DNA of 58,767 nt, filler included, from Dugesia japonica (taxonomy: Eukaryota): the NCBI GenBank assembly GCA_001938525.1. It is 5 parts of 5 records of this genome, joined end to end, with 100 filler letters (N's around TTAATTAATTAA, not from the genome) between each part and the next. Parts side by side here need not be neighbours in the genome. Positions count along the whole stretch, not along the records: positions 1 to 16,006 come from MQRL01639995.1; 4 more parts are not named here. One strand, 5' to 3'. Under the pieces are notes generated by a model that had not been told where the DNA came from, did not search any database, and saw nothing but the letters and a program-made list of their open reading frames with translations. Both the position numbers and the translations under genes were made by a program. Shown in pieces: positions 1 to 12,985 of this stretch (positions are counted from its first letter, which is position 1; each line of letters opens with the position of its first letter).

Positions 1-677
1 TTTTTCGGAATAATATTTTGTAAGTTAATTTGTATATTATCGCATGTCTTGATATAAAAACGTGAAAAGTAGCGATCTTATTATGAACAGGAAATTATAT
101 TTTTTATAATATCAACTTGCTAAATATTTTTATTTTTTTGTTTATTTTACTAATAAATCAGGTATAATTTAATCGAATAGAAGAAATGNNNNNNNNNNNN
201 NNNNNNNNNNNNNNNNNNNNNNNNNNNNNNNNNNNNNNNNNNNNNNNNNNNNNNNNNNNNNNNNNNNNNNNNNNNNNNNNNNNNNNNNNNNNNNNNNNNN
301 NNNNNNNNNNNNNNNNNNNNNNNNNNNNNNNNNNNNNNNNNNNNNNNNNNNNNNNNNNNNNNNNNNNNNNNNNNNNNNNNNNNNNNNNNNNNNNNNNNNN
401 NNNNNNNNNNNNNNNNNNNNNNNNNNNNNNNNNNNNNNNNNNNNNTATTTGAAATTGAAAAACATTTAATTGACTTATTAATGGAATTATTAAATTTTAT
501 TGATAATTCAATATTAAAAAGATCTCAAGTAAAAACATTGCATTATTTTTCATTTGTAAAGATTTAGTTTAAATCAGTAATTTTCAAAAAAAATTAATAA
601 TAAACTAAACTTTGAAAGATGTATTTTAGATGAATTATTTAATTATCGGCCAATTTGGATTAATGGTTAATTTTAAT

Positions 678-852
678 TAATTGTAAAAACAAGTCAATTC
701 CTGACGAAGACAAGGTCGAAATATCGAAATGTTATTAAATATTAATAAAAAAACTAAAAAAATTTTGATCGAAGGTTTTTTTTTAAATGAATTTTGTAAA
801 ACGATCAATGGTTATGTCCAACAATTATTCTCGCAATAATTGCAATTGTAAA
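678..852 (+). ncRNA. Hammerhead-ribozyme repeat, family A (retrozyme/Penelope pLTR-like); best + strand copy, ribozyme at 695-731
   Basis: caattc-CTGACGA-A-GAC(aag)GTC-GAAA-TAT-C^gaaatg: both conserved cores, 3-bp stem II, palindromic ATAT stem III, stem I caattc/gaaatg. Followed by the family body ending caattattctcgcaataattgcaattgtaaa and preceded by a remnant of the previous unit end (aattgtaaaaac). Confidence 0.75.
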
Positions 853-1706
853 GTATAATGGTTTTTTGTTTAGTAAACTATAAATTCGGAGAATATTAAT
901 TTCTATCAAATGTCAAATAATTCTATCTTTGATAAATACGAAGTCTTATTAAATCCCAATCTTTATTATTGTTGAAATACCATTCAATTGTTTTGAACTT
1001 ATAATTGAAAATAGCAAAATAGAAAATTGTTATCTTAATTGTTATGATTTTGCTTAAGAATTAAAGTTTTTAAAAGTTAATTAAATGTGACAATTTTGGT
1101 TATTACATTTTTTGTATTACATATAAAATCCAATAATAATTTCAACAATATAATTTTATGAGAAAAGAAGAATTCATCAAATCTTCTCAATTTTTAGCGT
1201 ACTGAAAACATGTGTGCTCAATAAAAAAAAGTTATTTTTTTAAAATTCTCTTTACTGAACTGATAGTAAGTAATTTGGGATCATTTAGATTGAAAATATT
1301 AGATTGATCAGATAGCTCTGATTACAGGCACTTATATGAACGAAATAATTATAAACAGGTAACAAATAAATAAAATAAACAAACATATATAAAAGGGTGG
1401 AATTAATAATGTTTATGTTTGTTAACATGTTAAAACACTGAGTTTATAAAAAAAACGTTAGATTGTTTTGTTTTTTTTAATTATAAATTTGTTTAATAAT
1501 AAAATCTAAAATTTTAGAATTTGCAACTTTAAATAATTTCATTATTAGATAACGAAGAAAATTATTTTGTATATACATACAATAACGAAGCATAAGTGAT
1601 TGTATAAAGATACTTAAATGTGAGTATGGTCATATATTGAAATTTTATATTTCGATATTATGAAATTTGTTTAAATTTATCATTTTCCACTTTTTTACAA
1701 TTCAAA

Positions 1707-2580
1707 ATGTCCGTTGATTCCTAAATAATTACATCATGTTTGCTATACGAGCTCGGGTCCAAGACCGCATAGTCATTTTGTAAGATATGCCTAGCCTTTG
1801 GAAATAATGTCCTAATAGAAAGAGCCTTACAAAATTGGTTTGCAAAATTTATGAAGGGCAATGAGTTATTTGAATAAGCAACACGTTACGAGAGACCATC
1901 AAAGATCAATAATGATGATTTAATAGAAATTATTGAAAAAATTCAAGTTTAACATGTGAAGAGTTAGCTCGAATACTTGATGTAAAGTGGAACATGTCGT
2001 ACTCATTTGCATACATTGAGAAAACGAGTACCACATTCNTTAACAAATTAAAACAAAATGCAAAGATCAATGCTATGTTCTTCCCTTCTGTCGACAAATA
2101 TCATAATTTTTGGATTGCTTATTTACTTAAGCACTAAAAAAGGACTCATCAGTGGTTAGTAGTAAAAGATGCCACCCATGATTCGTTCTTTGAAGATCAT
2201 GTTTGCGTATGGTCTAATCTAGGTAGTTTTATTTACCACGAATTTCTAGAAAAGTCAATCAGTAACTGCAGACTTGTATATAAAGCAACTAGAACATTCT
2301 GCGCAAAATCAACTGGGTCTTATCAATACAAAGAAAGTTGTGTTGTTCCATTATATTGAAAAGCCTCATATCGAAAAATAATCAAGAAAAAAATTGTGAA
2401 TTAAAATGNNNNNNNNNNNNNNNNNNNNNNNNNNNNNNNNNTATTTATCCTACTGACTTCCATCTTTTATCGACCCTAGACAATCATTTTAATTAAAAGG
2501 TCTTAAAAAGCTCAACAAGAAGTTGAATTAGATGTCTTCAGGTTTCTCGCTTATCTCGTGTAACAGAATGTGAAGGAGAT
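1707..2580 (+). pseudogene. Decayed mariner (DD34D) transposase
   Basis: Manual translation gives LLYELG..ICLAFGNNVLIERALQNWFAKFMKGN..ERPSKINNDDL (mariner HTH), VVLFHYIEKPH (HDNARPH-like) and LSPTDFHL (YSPDLAPSDYHL-like); many stops and frameshifts. Confidence 0.85.
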
Positions 2581-2949
2581 TGTTTTAATGAATAATCTTT
2601 TATTTAGTTTCATTTTTAGCATTCTTATTTGACTTTAGTATTTTGATTTATAAACCGAATGAACTTTCTTGATTATTTAATATTTTNNNNNNNNNNNNNN
2701 NNNNNNNNNNNNNNNNNNNNNNNNNNNNNNNNNNNNNNNNNNNNNNNNNNNNNNNNNNNNNNNNNNNNNNNNNNNNNNNNNNNNNNNNNNNNNNNNNNNN
2801 NNNNNNNNNNNNNNNNNNNNAAACAGATCCAAACGAATTAAAGTAATTTATCACTTGATATGTTAACATAATTAAATAAATAAAAATTTTACAATTTATT
2901 TATTTACTGAAAAAATCTAAAAGGTTTACATTTTTACATTTAATTTAAG

Positions 2950-3345
2950 TAATAAATATATAACGCCATGTAAAACGAGATTTTATTGTAATATATTTCG
3001 ATGGAATAATCGTCACCATCAAGCAAAATCAAAAATATGAGATTATTCAGGCTATATTATTTAAGGAATTATACTGAACACACGATTGCTATAATAAAAC
3101 CTTTAAAAGGTTTTTATGAAATTAAATAAAATTTTCAATATTGGTTTTAATTTCATAAAATCTAATTTATGAATTTTTATTATAGCCAGTATAATTATAT
3201 TATTTTCAATATATTTGCTTAACTCTTTGTTCGAATAATATTGACTGAATAATCTATTATTTTTGAATTTGTCTGATTATGACATTTGATCAGTCGAATT
3301 ATATTACAAGAAAGTTTTATTTTAAATGGCGTTATTTATTTTTTA
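2950..3345. repeat. Imperfect inverted repeat (about 190-bp arms) with a degenerate family-B hammerhead in each arm
   Basis: taacgccat..ttgtaatata..gattattcag on the left mirrors ctgaataatc..tatattacaa..atggcgtta on the right, centre near 3135. Minus arm 2986-3026 reads TTGATGG-TGACGA..CCATC-GAAA; plus arm about 3268-3309 reads CTGATTA-TGAC..GTC-GAAT. Confidence 0.7.
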
Positions 3346-4788
3346 TCAAATAATAAATATATAATAAAATTTTAAAAGTGAGGCAAATAGATAATTATAA
3401 AATGTATTCTGAAAACATGGTTTTCTTTTATTTATACTCTTACAGAATCTTGGTTGATCCGCCCAAATTATATTACAATATTTATTGTTTTTTTTACATA
3501 TACAATAAAATTATTTTTATTATTTAGATTTTGTGCAAAATTTTTTAATAAAAACATTTTCTATGTCTAAATTCGTTTTCCTTTTTCACTAATGATTTTC
3601 ACTCAAAACTATTAATCCAACTTTAGTAGGCTTATATGGCTGTTATTTCTGAAAAACAAAGAAAAAACGAAGCCGTCATTATGAAATCTTTTAACGACTC
3701 TAGTTATATTGAAATCGGTTGCTTTATTTCCAGCTGTTCGTCAAAGACACTACTCAGGCGGTAACTAAATCGATTGTAGAATTGACTCTAGAACTTATCA
3801 ATTGCTGCGAGTAGCTCCAGTCTACGCATGTTTGCACACACTCCAGCCACCGTTTGCGGTTGAATTGTGCTGTGGTGTGTTTTGTCAGTTCGATTAAAAT
3901 AAAAAATGAATAAAATGAGAAGACTGGAATTATAAGAGAAATAAGTTGTTGTAGTGTAGCTGTTTAACCAACTGAATCATAATCACACACTAAGTAACTG
4001 TAAAAAAGTTATATGTATAGTGGTGCGAGCAAAGACGATTTTCGATTTTCTATTCAATACCCCTATTGTAATATCAGCTGTGCTTCATGTTGCCTACTGA
4101 CTCAAGTTGTTTCTGCATGAAGAAACTCGCAATAGTCGGCTGTGTTGCATTATCAGTCCAAAAATCAACTAAAATATTATGTCTGCTTCTACCAATTGAA
4201 CTAATAGATTTTATTTCATAAATAATTATTGTTAATAGCGATATTACAATTAATATTCCACTCAAACCATTCAATTGAATGAAAATATGAGCTTTATATT
4301 TTCATTTATCATAACAATTTTTTATTAATATTTTCGAGCATATATATATATATATATATATATATAATTGTGTTCAAAATTCTGTCATAATTATAACAAA
4401 GGTAAATAAAATATTATTAGTCAGTAAAAATTTAAGATGTTTAAAATTCTATCAGATTATATTGTTATTATAATCTCAAAATTATTTTTCTACATGTTTT
4501 CGTGAGATTGAAAAAAGTTTCATTTCGTAAGAATAAATTCGATTGTTAAAAAATGTCGTTATGTAAATTATAATCAGGTAGCTTATTAAATGAAATTATT
4601 ACATCAACAGTAGAGTTAAGTTACGTAACAAAAATGTATTTCAGATATTAAAAATAATTATTCACTATACCAGTATAATTTTCAAAATGTGTTCTTAATA
4701 TTGATATTAGAAGTCGGTTTTTTATTTTAATCATTTTTGTTTAAATTAACATGCAGAAATATTTTAATTTACATTTATTTTTCTGTAG

Positions 4789-5037
4789 GATTCTGGTCGT
4801 GTTTTATGTCTTACTAATTTGGTTCCTAGTTCTTTTGTTGTTACTACTTCGTGTCCAACACAATCCAATTCCGGCAGTAGTTTCCTTAAAAATATGAATA
4901 TGTCTTTGAATACTCAGGAAACTAACAATACTAATAGTACTAATAACATCAGCAGTAACTCTCAATTTTCCTCAAATCGATCGGCTGTGAAAAGAAAACG
5001 AAAAAAACCAATGTGCATACAAAATACAAATCAATTG
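4789..5037 (+). CDS. Internal exon (phase 0/0) of a host gene; S/N-rich with a KRKRKK NLS-like motif
   Basis: Acceptor ttttctgtag|GAT at 4788/4789 and donor TTG|gtaaat at 5037/5038; 83 open codons DSGRVLCLTNL...AVKRKRKKPMCIQNTNQL, in frame with ORF 4819. Confidence 0.65.
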
Positions 5038-5448
5038 GTAAATACTCCATATTTTTATTTTTACTTATTACAAAAAAAAAACTTTTCACTTCACCCATGA
5101 ATACAAAAATACAGAATGTTGGTTTTAAGAAAACCCGACACACCGATTATTTTTTAGAAATTTTCCAAGATATTATTTGTGCTAATGAAATCAATTAAAT
5201 ATTACTGTCCTTGATTGGAAATATATATATTATTTATAAAAAGAGTAAAATTTAATTAATTCATATCAAAATATCCAGAAGCTTTTTTATGACCTAAAGT
5301 TAATATAAAAATATGAATATTCCAGTCTAAACATTAATTCACATTTTCAGTGATTTTTTTCGGCATGAGATGCTTTTTAATTTATTGAGTTTTAGCTTTT
5401 AATAATAAAATAGATCAAAATTAATACTTCTAAAATTATTTTTTTAAA

Positions 5449-5990
5449 TATTGGTTTGACCGAAAAATCCATGCTGAGTTTTAATGAAAACTCAAAGCAA
5501 CACATTTAAATTTCAAAATATATTTATTCCATTACATAGTTAGCATTTTGTTACAATCTTTCACGCTATTTGAAGATTCCATTTATCAGAATTAATTAGG
5601 TTTTACGGATAAAAATTATCAAAATGATTTTTTTATCGACCAAAGAATTTAACTATCACAGTACAAATCTGTGGGTGCAATGTATGGTGAATAAGGCGGA
5701 TGGAGTAGCACATCTCGACCGAGCTCCAAACACTTTTCTAGTAGCCAGACTTATGAGGTCGCGCAATGTCTTGATGGAACACGACTTCTTTCTTTCAATT
5801 GGTTTGTTTAATATGTGCAATTGTGAAAATACTTTTCAGAATTTATCTTCTGATTAGTTGGTAGAAGCTCACAAAACAAAATTCCTTGCTAATCTGGTAA
5901 GACACAGAACATAACTTCATTCGAATGAAGACCGGCTTCCGTGGTGGTTTATAATGATCCTATTTGCTTTCCCAGGATCCTTTCCGCTCA
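5449..5990 (-). mobile_element. Mariner remnant (3' half of transposase plus TIR-like end)
   Basis: Minus translation gives AGLHSNEVMFCV..GILFCELLPTNQKINSEKY, VVFHQDIARPH and ELGRDVLLHPPYSPYIAPTDLY (YSPDLAP motif); mariner-type TIR-like tattggtttgaccgaaaaatcc at about 5449. Confidence 0.85.
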
Positions 5991-6547
5991 ACATTATTAT
6001 AAATGATCAATTTCTAAACAGTATTTTTAAAATAATATACTTAATATTATTTATTTTTTGCATGCAATTAATATTAATCCCAGATTTTTCTATTTAGTAT
6101 GAAAATAGAGTTTTCGAATCTTATCAGAGAAACATAAAGAAAAAAAATATTTACAAATAACAAACAAGTAGAAATTCAGACCTATTAAAATGAATGTAAA
6201 GTAATCCTTTGAACATCAAGCGAACATAATATATACCGTTAAGATTTCCAGATATTAGTAGGCACAGACTATGAATAAAAATAAACCAATGTTAACAAAG
6301 CAATAAACCAAAAAATAACAATCAATAAAATTAATATATAAAATAATAAAAACAAATAATATATGATTAATAAAAAATTATTATTAAGAAAATAAAATAA
6401 TTTTAAAAAATTATCAATGTATTTTATTAAGTGATTAATATAATATATTTAATTAAATTATTTGGAAATTTTTGGTTGAAAAAATTGAATGCGACTTCAA
6501 CTGAAATTTTAAGAACTAAGAAAAAATTTTGTTTGTTTACCAATAAA

Positions 6548-6625
6548 ATTGTTTTACAATTGCAATTATTGCAAGAATAATTGTTCGACGTAACCATTGA
6601 TCGTTTTGCAGATTCCATTAAAATG
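6548..6625 (-). repeat. 3' part of a family-A hammerhead repeat (no ribozyme core)
   Basis: Reverse complement aacgatcaatggttacgtcgaacaattattcttgcaataattgcaattgtaaaac matches 800-852. Confidence 0.8.
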
Positions 6626-7361
6626 TTCTAAATTACAAATCAATTATCAAATTCACAATTTATAGAAATTACTATGATAATAATATGATAATAATATTAA
6701 ATTTAATTAAAACAATAAATAAAGACAATAATAGTCAAATGACAATAAAGTAAAACTAAATAAAGAACAAATGTTCTAAATTATTAAATAAATAGCAAAT
6801 AATAAGTTATTAGTAATTATTCTAATTTGTAATCTTGTATTTATTAAAAATATAATAAAATAAAAACTCCAGCAGAAAAAAACCAAAAATTTTATAAAAA
6901 ATATATTCTATTACAGTATTTAATTAGGGTTGTCCCGATATCGATTTTTGCAGAAATATCGACCAGCTGACATTTTGGTCAATTATGCCGCTATATCTGC
7001 CGATATATCGGAACCTCAAAACAATTTAATAATATTAACTAAAGAAACTATATATTAAAACCATAATTGGCGTCTATCAAAGGTAATAATGATATTTGGA
7101 ACTTTTTGTACAAAATAAACCATGTTTATCGATAATTCTTTGAGCTTTTGATATTATCAACAGTTAATTAAGTTAATGCTTAAAATTTTAGAAGNNNNNN
7201 NNNNNNNNNNNNNNNNNNNNNNNNNNNNNNNNNATGACTGGTATTTAGGGATGTGCTGATATATTGTTGTGTTCATGATTAAATTAAGTAACACTTTTTG
7301 AAATATTTATTATTATCACAAATATGGTATTTAAACAAATATCATTTAATTTTAATTTTAA

Positions 7362-7727
7362 TGTAGAATTATGAATAATAATTCTACATCACTCCCCGTT
7401 TTAAATTGAGTGCTTCAATAAAATTGCTGCCTTGAACTTTTATATTGAAACGATCTTTGGAGAGCCATCTAAATCGATTTCGAATGTTTTGTTATCATCA
7501 CTACTATTGAGAACCTGGAATGGACCCTCATATAGATTTTTGAGTCTAATAGGAATCTCTACTCTCAACCAAACTTTTTCGCTGTTCAACTGATCTTTGC
7601 TGACTTTCGACTTTCTATTTAAGCTCTGATTGGTTTTTAGTATTTCTAAATTCTTGATACTCTCTTTGATTTTTTTGACGGATGGTTCATGGTCGTTAAA
7701 AATGTCAACTGAAGTTATGATATGCAC
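7362..7727 (-). mobile_element. Ty3/Gypsy integrase C-terminus (GPY/F), polypurine tract and a collapsed LTR
   Basis: ORF 7440-7727 contains VWLR..LKNLYEGPFQV (GPY/F module). Downstream on the minus strand is PPT AAAACGGGGAGTGA followed by TGTAGAATTAT..ATAATTCTACA (7362-7388). Confidence 0.75.
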
Positions 7728-8213
7728 ATCTTAAATTTGATTTTAACGAAATTTTCTTTAGATTCGAGAAGTTTTTACAATTTATTTACGCAGCCAAACA
7801 AACAAAAATAAAATTCATTTCTTGACTAATTGTTTTAATAATAAAAACCTTAAATTTACTTTTAATTTATTATCTTTTATTATAATTCATTATTAAATAA
7901 ATTTAATTTTTAATTTTTCCAAAAATTCTTATGAATAATAGCTGTCCCATTAATGAGGTATATATATATATATATNNNNNNNNNNNNNNNNNNNNNNNNN
8001 NNNNNNNNNNNNNNNNNNNNNNNNNTATATATATATATATATATAGTCATATCTATTTTAAATAATTTATTGTTCTCGCAAATAATCTTACATTCAAACT
8101 AATATTATTAAGCTTGAATTCATACAGAATTTTAGCTGAAAACTGTAGAAAACAGTAACAATAAATCTTTTTCGCATGAACATAATTTAATTCGGACTCT
8201 TCGTGGTTTAATC

Positions 8214-8369
8214 CAGGACTGGCCAACCCAAAGCCTTTGTGCCACATAAGGCCCGCAACATTCACGACGATTTTTAAAAAATGTTTAAATGTTTCTCTTC
8301 ATCCCCAAATTTATATACATTCGTTACATTGAAAGCAGCTCGCCAGATAATTTGGGTTGACAAGGCCTG
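8214..8369. mobile_element. 156-bp hAT (Buster/Charlie-type) MITE
   Basis: Termini CAGGACTGGCCAACCC / GGGTTGACAAGGCCTG (13 of 16 inverted match); perfect 8-bp TSD GTTTAATC at 8206-8213 and 8370-8377 with central TA. Confidence 0.9.
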
Positions 8370-9050
8370 GTTTAATCATTTCCGTATTTACCTTCACATA
8401 TTTGCACAAGTGTACGTATATGTATACATAATTCATTCAAAATTAGCGGATTTTAATTTTTTAACAATAAATATCAAAATCAAAGTGGAATATAAATAAT
8501 TGTTGCAAGCTTAATGATTATCTATTTGATGTATTAATTTCCTAATTATTAATAAAACAATTTTCATACAGTGTTTAATTCTTTTTATTACAATTGATGT
8601 TTAAGACTCTAAAAACATTGATCAGTCATTTCACGAAACTTTTCCCTCAAATCAAGGGAGGTTGATGCCTTATGGAATATTTTGTTTAAAATACCAGCAC
8701 AAAATTTTGTTGCTTACAAATTCCACTTTCAATAGTGCTTTTAAAGGTTTCTGAGTTTATATTAGAATTATATCTTTTAGAAATAAAGAAACACGAATTA
8801 TTCGATTTCAGGTGTTTTCTGTCAAAGTTAATAAAATTTATACACGAGGAATTCATTAAAATGAAGTTGCAGATTTTATTGTATTTCATAAAATATTTCC
8901 CAATAATTTTATAATTACAATTATTNNNNNNNNNNNNNNNNNNNNNNNNNNNNNNNNNNNNNNNNNNNNNNNNNNNNNNNNNNNNNNNNNNNNNNNNNNN
9001 NNNNNNNNNNNNNNNNNNNNNNNNNNNNNNNNNNNNNNNNNNNNNNNNCA

Positions 9051-9465
9051 AAGGTCATTCCTGAAGAAGGCAAATGTGAAAAAATTGAATTTCTTTAAAA
9101 ATACATTTTATTTTGATCGAAGCTTTTTCTTTATTTTAATAAAATTTCCCGATAAATTTCATTAAAATAAGAAAAAGCTTCGATCAAAATAAAATTTATT
9201 TGTAAAAGGTTCAAATTTTCGACAATANNNNNNNNNNNNNNNNNNNNNNNNNNNNNNNNNNNNNNNNNNNNNNNNNNCTTCTTGAGATATTCAATACAAT
9301 AGATCTTTGTTACTCAATTCTTTAAATTTTATCGAAATTTTATTGGTTTAACAAACCAATAAAATTTCGATAAAATTTAAAGAATTGAGTATTTCTTATT
9401 TTAATTAAATCTCAAATGCGATCAATGGTTAAGTCCAACAATTATTCTCACAATAATTGTAATTA
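9051..9465. repeat. Cluster of family-A hammerhead repeat pieces and palindromes
   Basis: Degenerate core CTGAAGAAGGC..GAAA at 9061; inverted repeat of the family body at about 9105-9195; perfect 39-bp-arm palindrome at 9311-9391; family 3' end at 9418-9465. Confidence 0.75.
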
Positions 9466-11666
9466 TTAAATTCCCAAATAAACTTTAATAGATTATGCGT
9501 TTATTATTATTATTAAAAAGTTTTAAAAATAATTTCATATTATTTTTTACGAATAAAATATTTAAGGCACGGATTCATTGATCTCCATAACTTTTCTCTT
9601 TAATAACAGCAGACAACATAATAAACGCATACTGTAAATAAATAACTTAAGGATAATAATTAGACAAGGAATTTGATTAAGTTTTAAAAATAACCGTTTA
9701 TTAGATTCAGGTTATATTATTTTTTGTACTTTCATTTTACTAGAACTCTTTTTAATAAACTTCATGTGACAGTACGAACTAAAGAATTTGAATAAAATTT
9801 TCCCTGTTTAATAAGCTTTGTATTTTTTGTCTATATTTTGTGTTTCACGTTTTAATTTTTTATATTGCACTTTTTTGCACAAAGAATTTCATTTCCGTTA
9901 TTTAAAAGAAAATAAAAGGATATGATTATTTTTTTATTTCAATTTTGTGATATTTATTTCCAACAAAATTGTAAAAAAATGCGTTTTTAATTCAAATCGT
10001 TGAATTTTTCCAAAAACCACCTTAGAGGTCGATTTTTTCAGTTATAAATGGTTGCTTTAGATGGGGCTTCTTCTCCATATACATTTTGAAACTGATTAAT
10101 AATTTTCTTCTTGCCAATTCCATTGATTAGTAAAAATCGGATCACACTGCTAAATTCAACATTAGCGAACATTTTTTAAAATTATTCTAATCTAATGCAA
10201 ACAAAAATTAGTATATTAAAACAAATCGTACATTTCATATCTATATATGATTATTATTTTACGTGCAAAATTTTATTTAAATATCTTNAATATTTCTGAT
10301 AGAGTCTAAGGACTTTTTAGCCTTAAAATGTAATTGTTTTTAATTTAAAATTATTTAAAGTGTTAAATATGCATCACGAAAATTGTTTGTTGAATAAATT
10401 CTAGAGATTAAAATTTCGTGTTTTGAAAAGTTAAGAGATAAAAAAACATAATTAAATTTTTGCCAATTAATACTTGTAGATTGTTGTGACTATTGCTTTC
10501 CGATTGATAGACAGTTTGAATTTAATCAACAGAAATTAGCTTTGACAAGACAATTATAGGTTTACTTTAATTCCATATTTGGTGAATATTTATATATATT
10601 TTTTAATTTCAACAAGGTGGAGCACTAAAACTGATTATTTTTTCATTTTCATGTGAACTATAATTTGAAATTAAACGTTTATAATAATTACCAATGGATT
10701 TAAACAAAAATATTTTTCGAAATTAATAAAGAAAAGTTGATATTTTAATGTTACTTTAAATTTTTAATTGGTTTCATTTGATTCTCGATGAATTATTTTT
10801 GTTTAACTGAAGCATAGATAAAAAATGTTATTCACTACACTGCTCATTCCAATTGTTAATATTTTCAAAATTACTTATTTTTTATCAACGAATTTAATTA
10901 TATAAAAACTTAATTTCTTTTCAATCATGTCTCATAAATTTTGCAATACTTTGGGCTATAAAGAAAATAAATGAAAACTAATATAAAAATGAAAAAATTA
11001 AATTCAGATTTTTATTCACAACGTGTTTTCTTTTGCAAATTTGAAATTACTAGTTATAAAACCTTTTGGAACACGAATTTCTTTGATTATTTATGGATGT
11101 CGTATATAAATATATATATAATTTCTTTTTAATTGGAATATTTCCGAATATTATCATCATAAACTCGACTGAAATTGTTTTAATATTGTGAGGATTTGTT
11201 TTAATCTGGATAACATCAGACTCCTACTTAATCCAGCTTAGAGCGCGAACCTAGCACATTCTTATTATTATCTGTTCAGTTCCACGGCGCATTTCTAGTG
11301 AGGTCGTTAGTTCGAGAATGTTCAGCGGTTTATATCTGGGTTTCGAGAATTTTTCTCTTCTAAAGAGACTCCATAGTATTGCCGTTGAATTTTAGAATTG
11401 GGTGAAAGATGACAAAAGACCATAATGGATTGTATTTTGAATATTAATTATGTTTTTATTTTATAATACAATTTTGTTAATCGTGTCAATAAAGTGTTTA
11501 TTAAACCTATGGGACAGCAATTTTAAATTAATTAACAATACAGAACGATTTACCATTTCAATAGCTTCAAAACGGTATCGATGAAAAGTTTTGTATTAAT
11601 GAAATAGAAAAACAAATTTAATGTACATGATAAAAGTTAATAACTTGTGACTCAACATGGTATTTT

Positions 11667-11805
11667 AGTAAATAAATAATTATATTAATTTTAGTAAGTA
11701 AATAATTATATTAATTTTAGTAAATAAATAATTATATTAATTTTTGTAAATAAATAATTATATTAATTTTTGTAAATAAATAATTATATTAATTTTTGTA
11801 ATTAA
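11667..11805. repeat. Tandem repeat, about 26-bp unit (tagtaaataaataattatattaattt), about 5 copies
   Basis: Directly visible iterations. Confidence 0.9.
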
Positions 11806-12705
11806 TAAAATGTTATATTTCTCAAAAGGATGACTTTTTTGTTTAATTAAATTATTTATTTAATTAATTAATAATTTATATTTATTTTTTTGTACAAATA
11901 CAATGAATGGGTGGATAACACATTGTAATTCATTCTCTAAGTTGTCAATAGTTACCAATTACTCAAATTTATAACAAAAACAAAAAAAGACAAGAATATC
12001 CAAAACAATGCTAAGTTTATTGAAAATGGTTTTTCCAAAATAATTCACTAATATTAGTAAAGAATGTTGGAAATTATTAGAATATGAAAGATTTATTTTC
12101 GTTTTACTATTAATAATAATAATAATNNNNATCATCATCATCAAATTGTTTTGTAACTTTTGATATGTTTCTATTGCGGAAATGCGTTCAATCGGTTATT
12201 TGCGAGGTAATAATGATGACAGTTTCTAAAGTTTCGAATTGTTACACTTGTTTTATTTTATTTTTGGATTAAATTAAAAGTGATTTCATGTTATCAAAAT
12301 TATTTCTTGAAAGCTCTTTCCTTTTTTTTCAATAATATAATAGCATAATTATATCAAACCTTTGTGATAATTTTTGTATTTCTAACGATTGATGTAAGTT
12401 ACCATTTTTCTTGATGTTCATTTTTTATTTTATAAAATAATTTAAATATTTCATATTCAATCTGATATTATTTATGATCCGAAACTGAAATCAATGATTC
12501 ATTCAACAACTTCGTCAATATTTTTAAAGTGCTATTTTGTTATAGAATTTTCAATTCATTTTCAATTGTACAAATTCATTATCAATCAACTATTTATGAA
12601 AAATCTATGACAATTATTAATAAAGCATAGCTAATAGTTTTGTACATTTTATGATGCTATCTGAATAATAATAATTTGAAAAATAAATAACCAATGGTGA
12701 TGATG

Positions 12706-12746
<41 letters not shown>

Positions 12747-12831
12747 NNNNNNNNNNNNNNNNNNNNNNNNNNNNNNNNNNNNNNNNNNNNNNNNNNTAAT
12801 AATAATAATAATAATTAATAATAATAATAAT

Positions 12832-12868
<37 letters not shown>

Positions 12869-12870
12869 TA
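12706..12870. repeat. (AAT)n microsatellite spanning an N gap
   Basis: Direct; similar tracts at 38915-38980, 49139-49225 and 50104-50162. Confidence 0.95.
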
Positions 12871-12944
12871 CTATTTAAAAACTCAAGAAATAATGATAAT
12901 TTTTTTTAATAAATAATTGACAACCATTTTTTTAAAATATTTCT

Positions 12945-12985
12945 TTGTGATCGATTTCGACGGAATAACCGTCATCATCAGACAA
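12945..12985 (-). ncRNA. Minimal type I hammerhead ribozyme, family B, intact core
   Basis: Minus strand TTGT-CTGATGA-T-GACGG(ttatt)CCGTC-GAAA-TCGA-TC^ACAA: perfect 5-bp stem II, palindromic ATCGAT stem III, 4-bp stem I, UC cleavage site. Confidence 0.8.

Noticed and set aside
169-465. ORFs made largely of X (also 2648-2869, 8686-9051, 45312-45512, 55265-55596)
   Set aside because: They only span N gaps.
800-852. Recurrent caattattctcgcaataattgcaattgtaaa as a CRISPR-like repeat
   Set aside because: Dispersed on both strands with no regular spacers or cas genes; it is the 3' end of the hammerhead element family.
4074-4274. Minus ORF containing a PIP-box-like QPTIASFF
   Set aside because: Short, non-ATG start, no other support; at most a transposase tail remnant.
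6926-7262. TAGGG(T/A)TG termini resembling a hAT element
   Set aside because: Both are in the same orientation with no matching inverted end or TSD; too weak to call.
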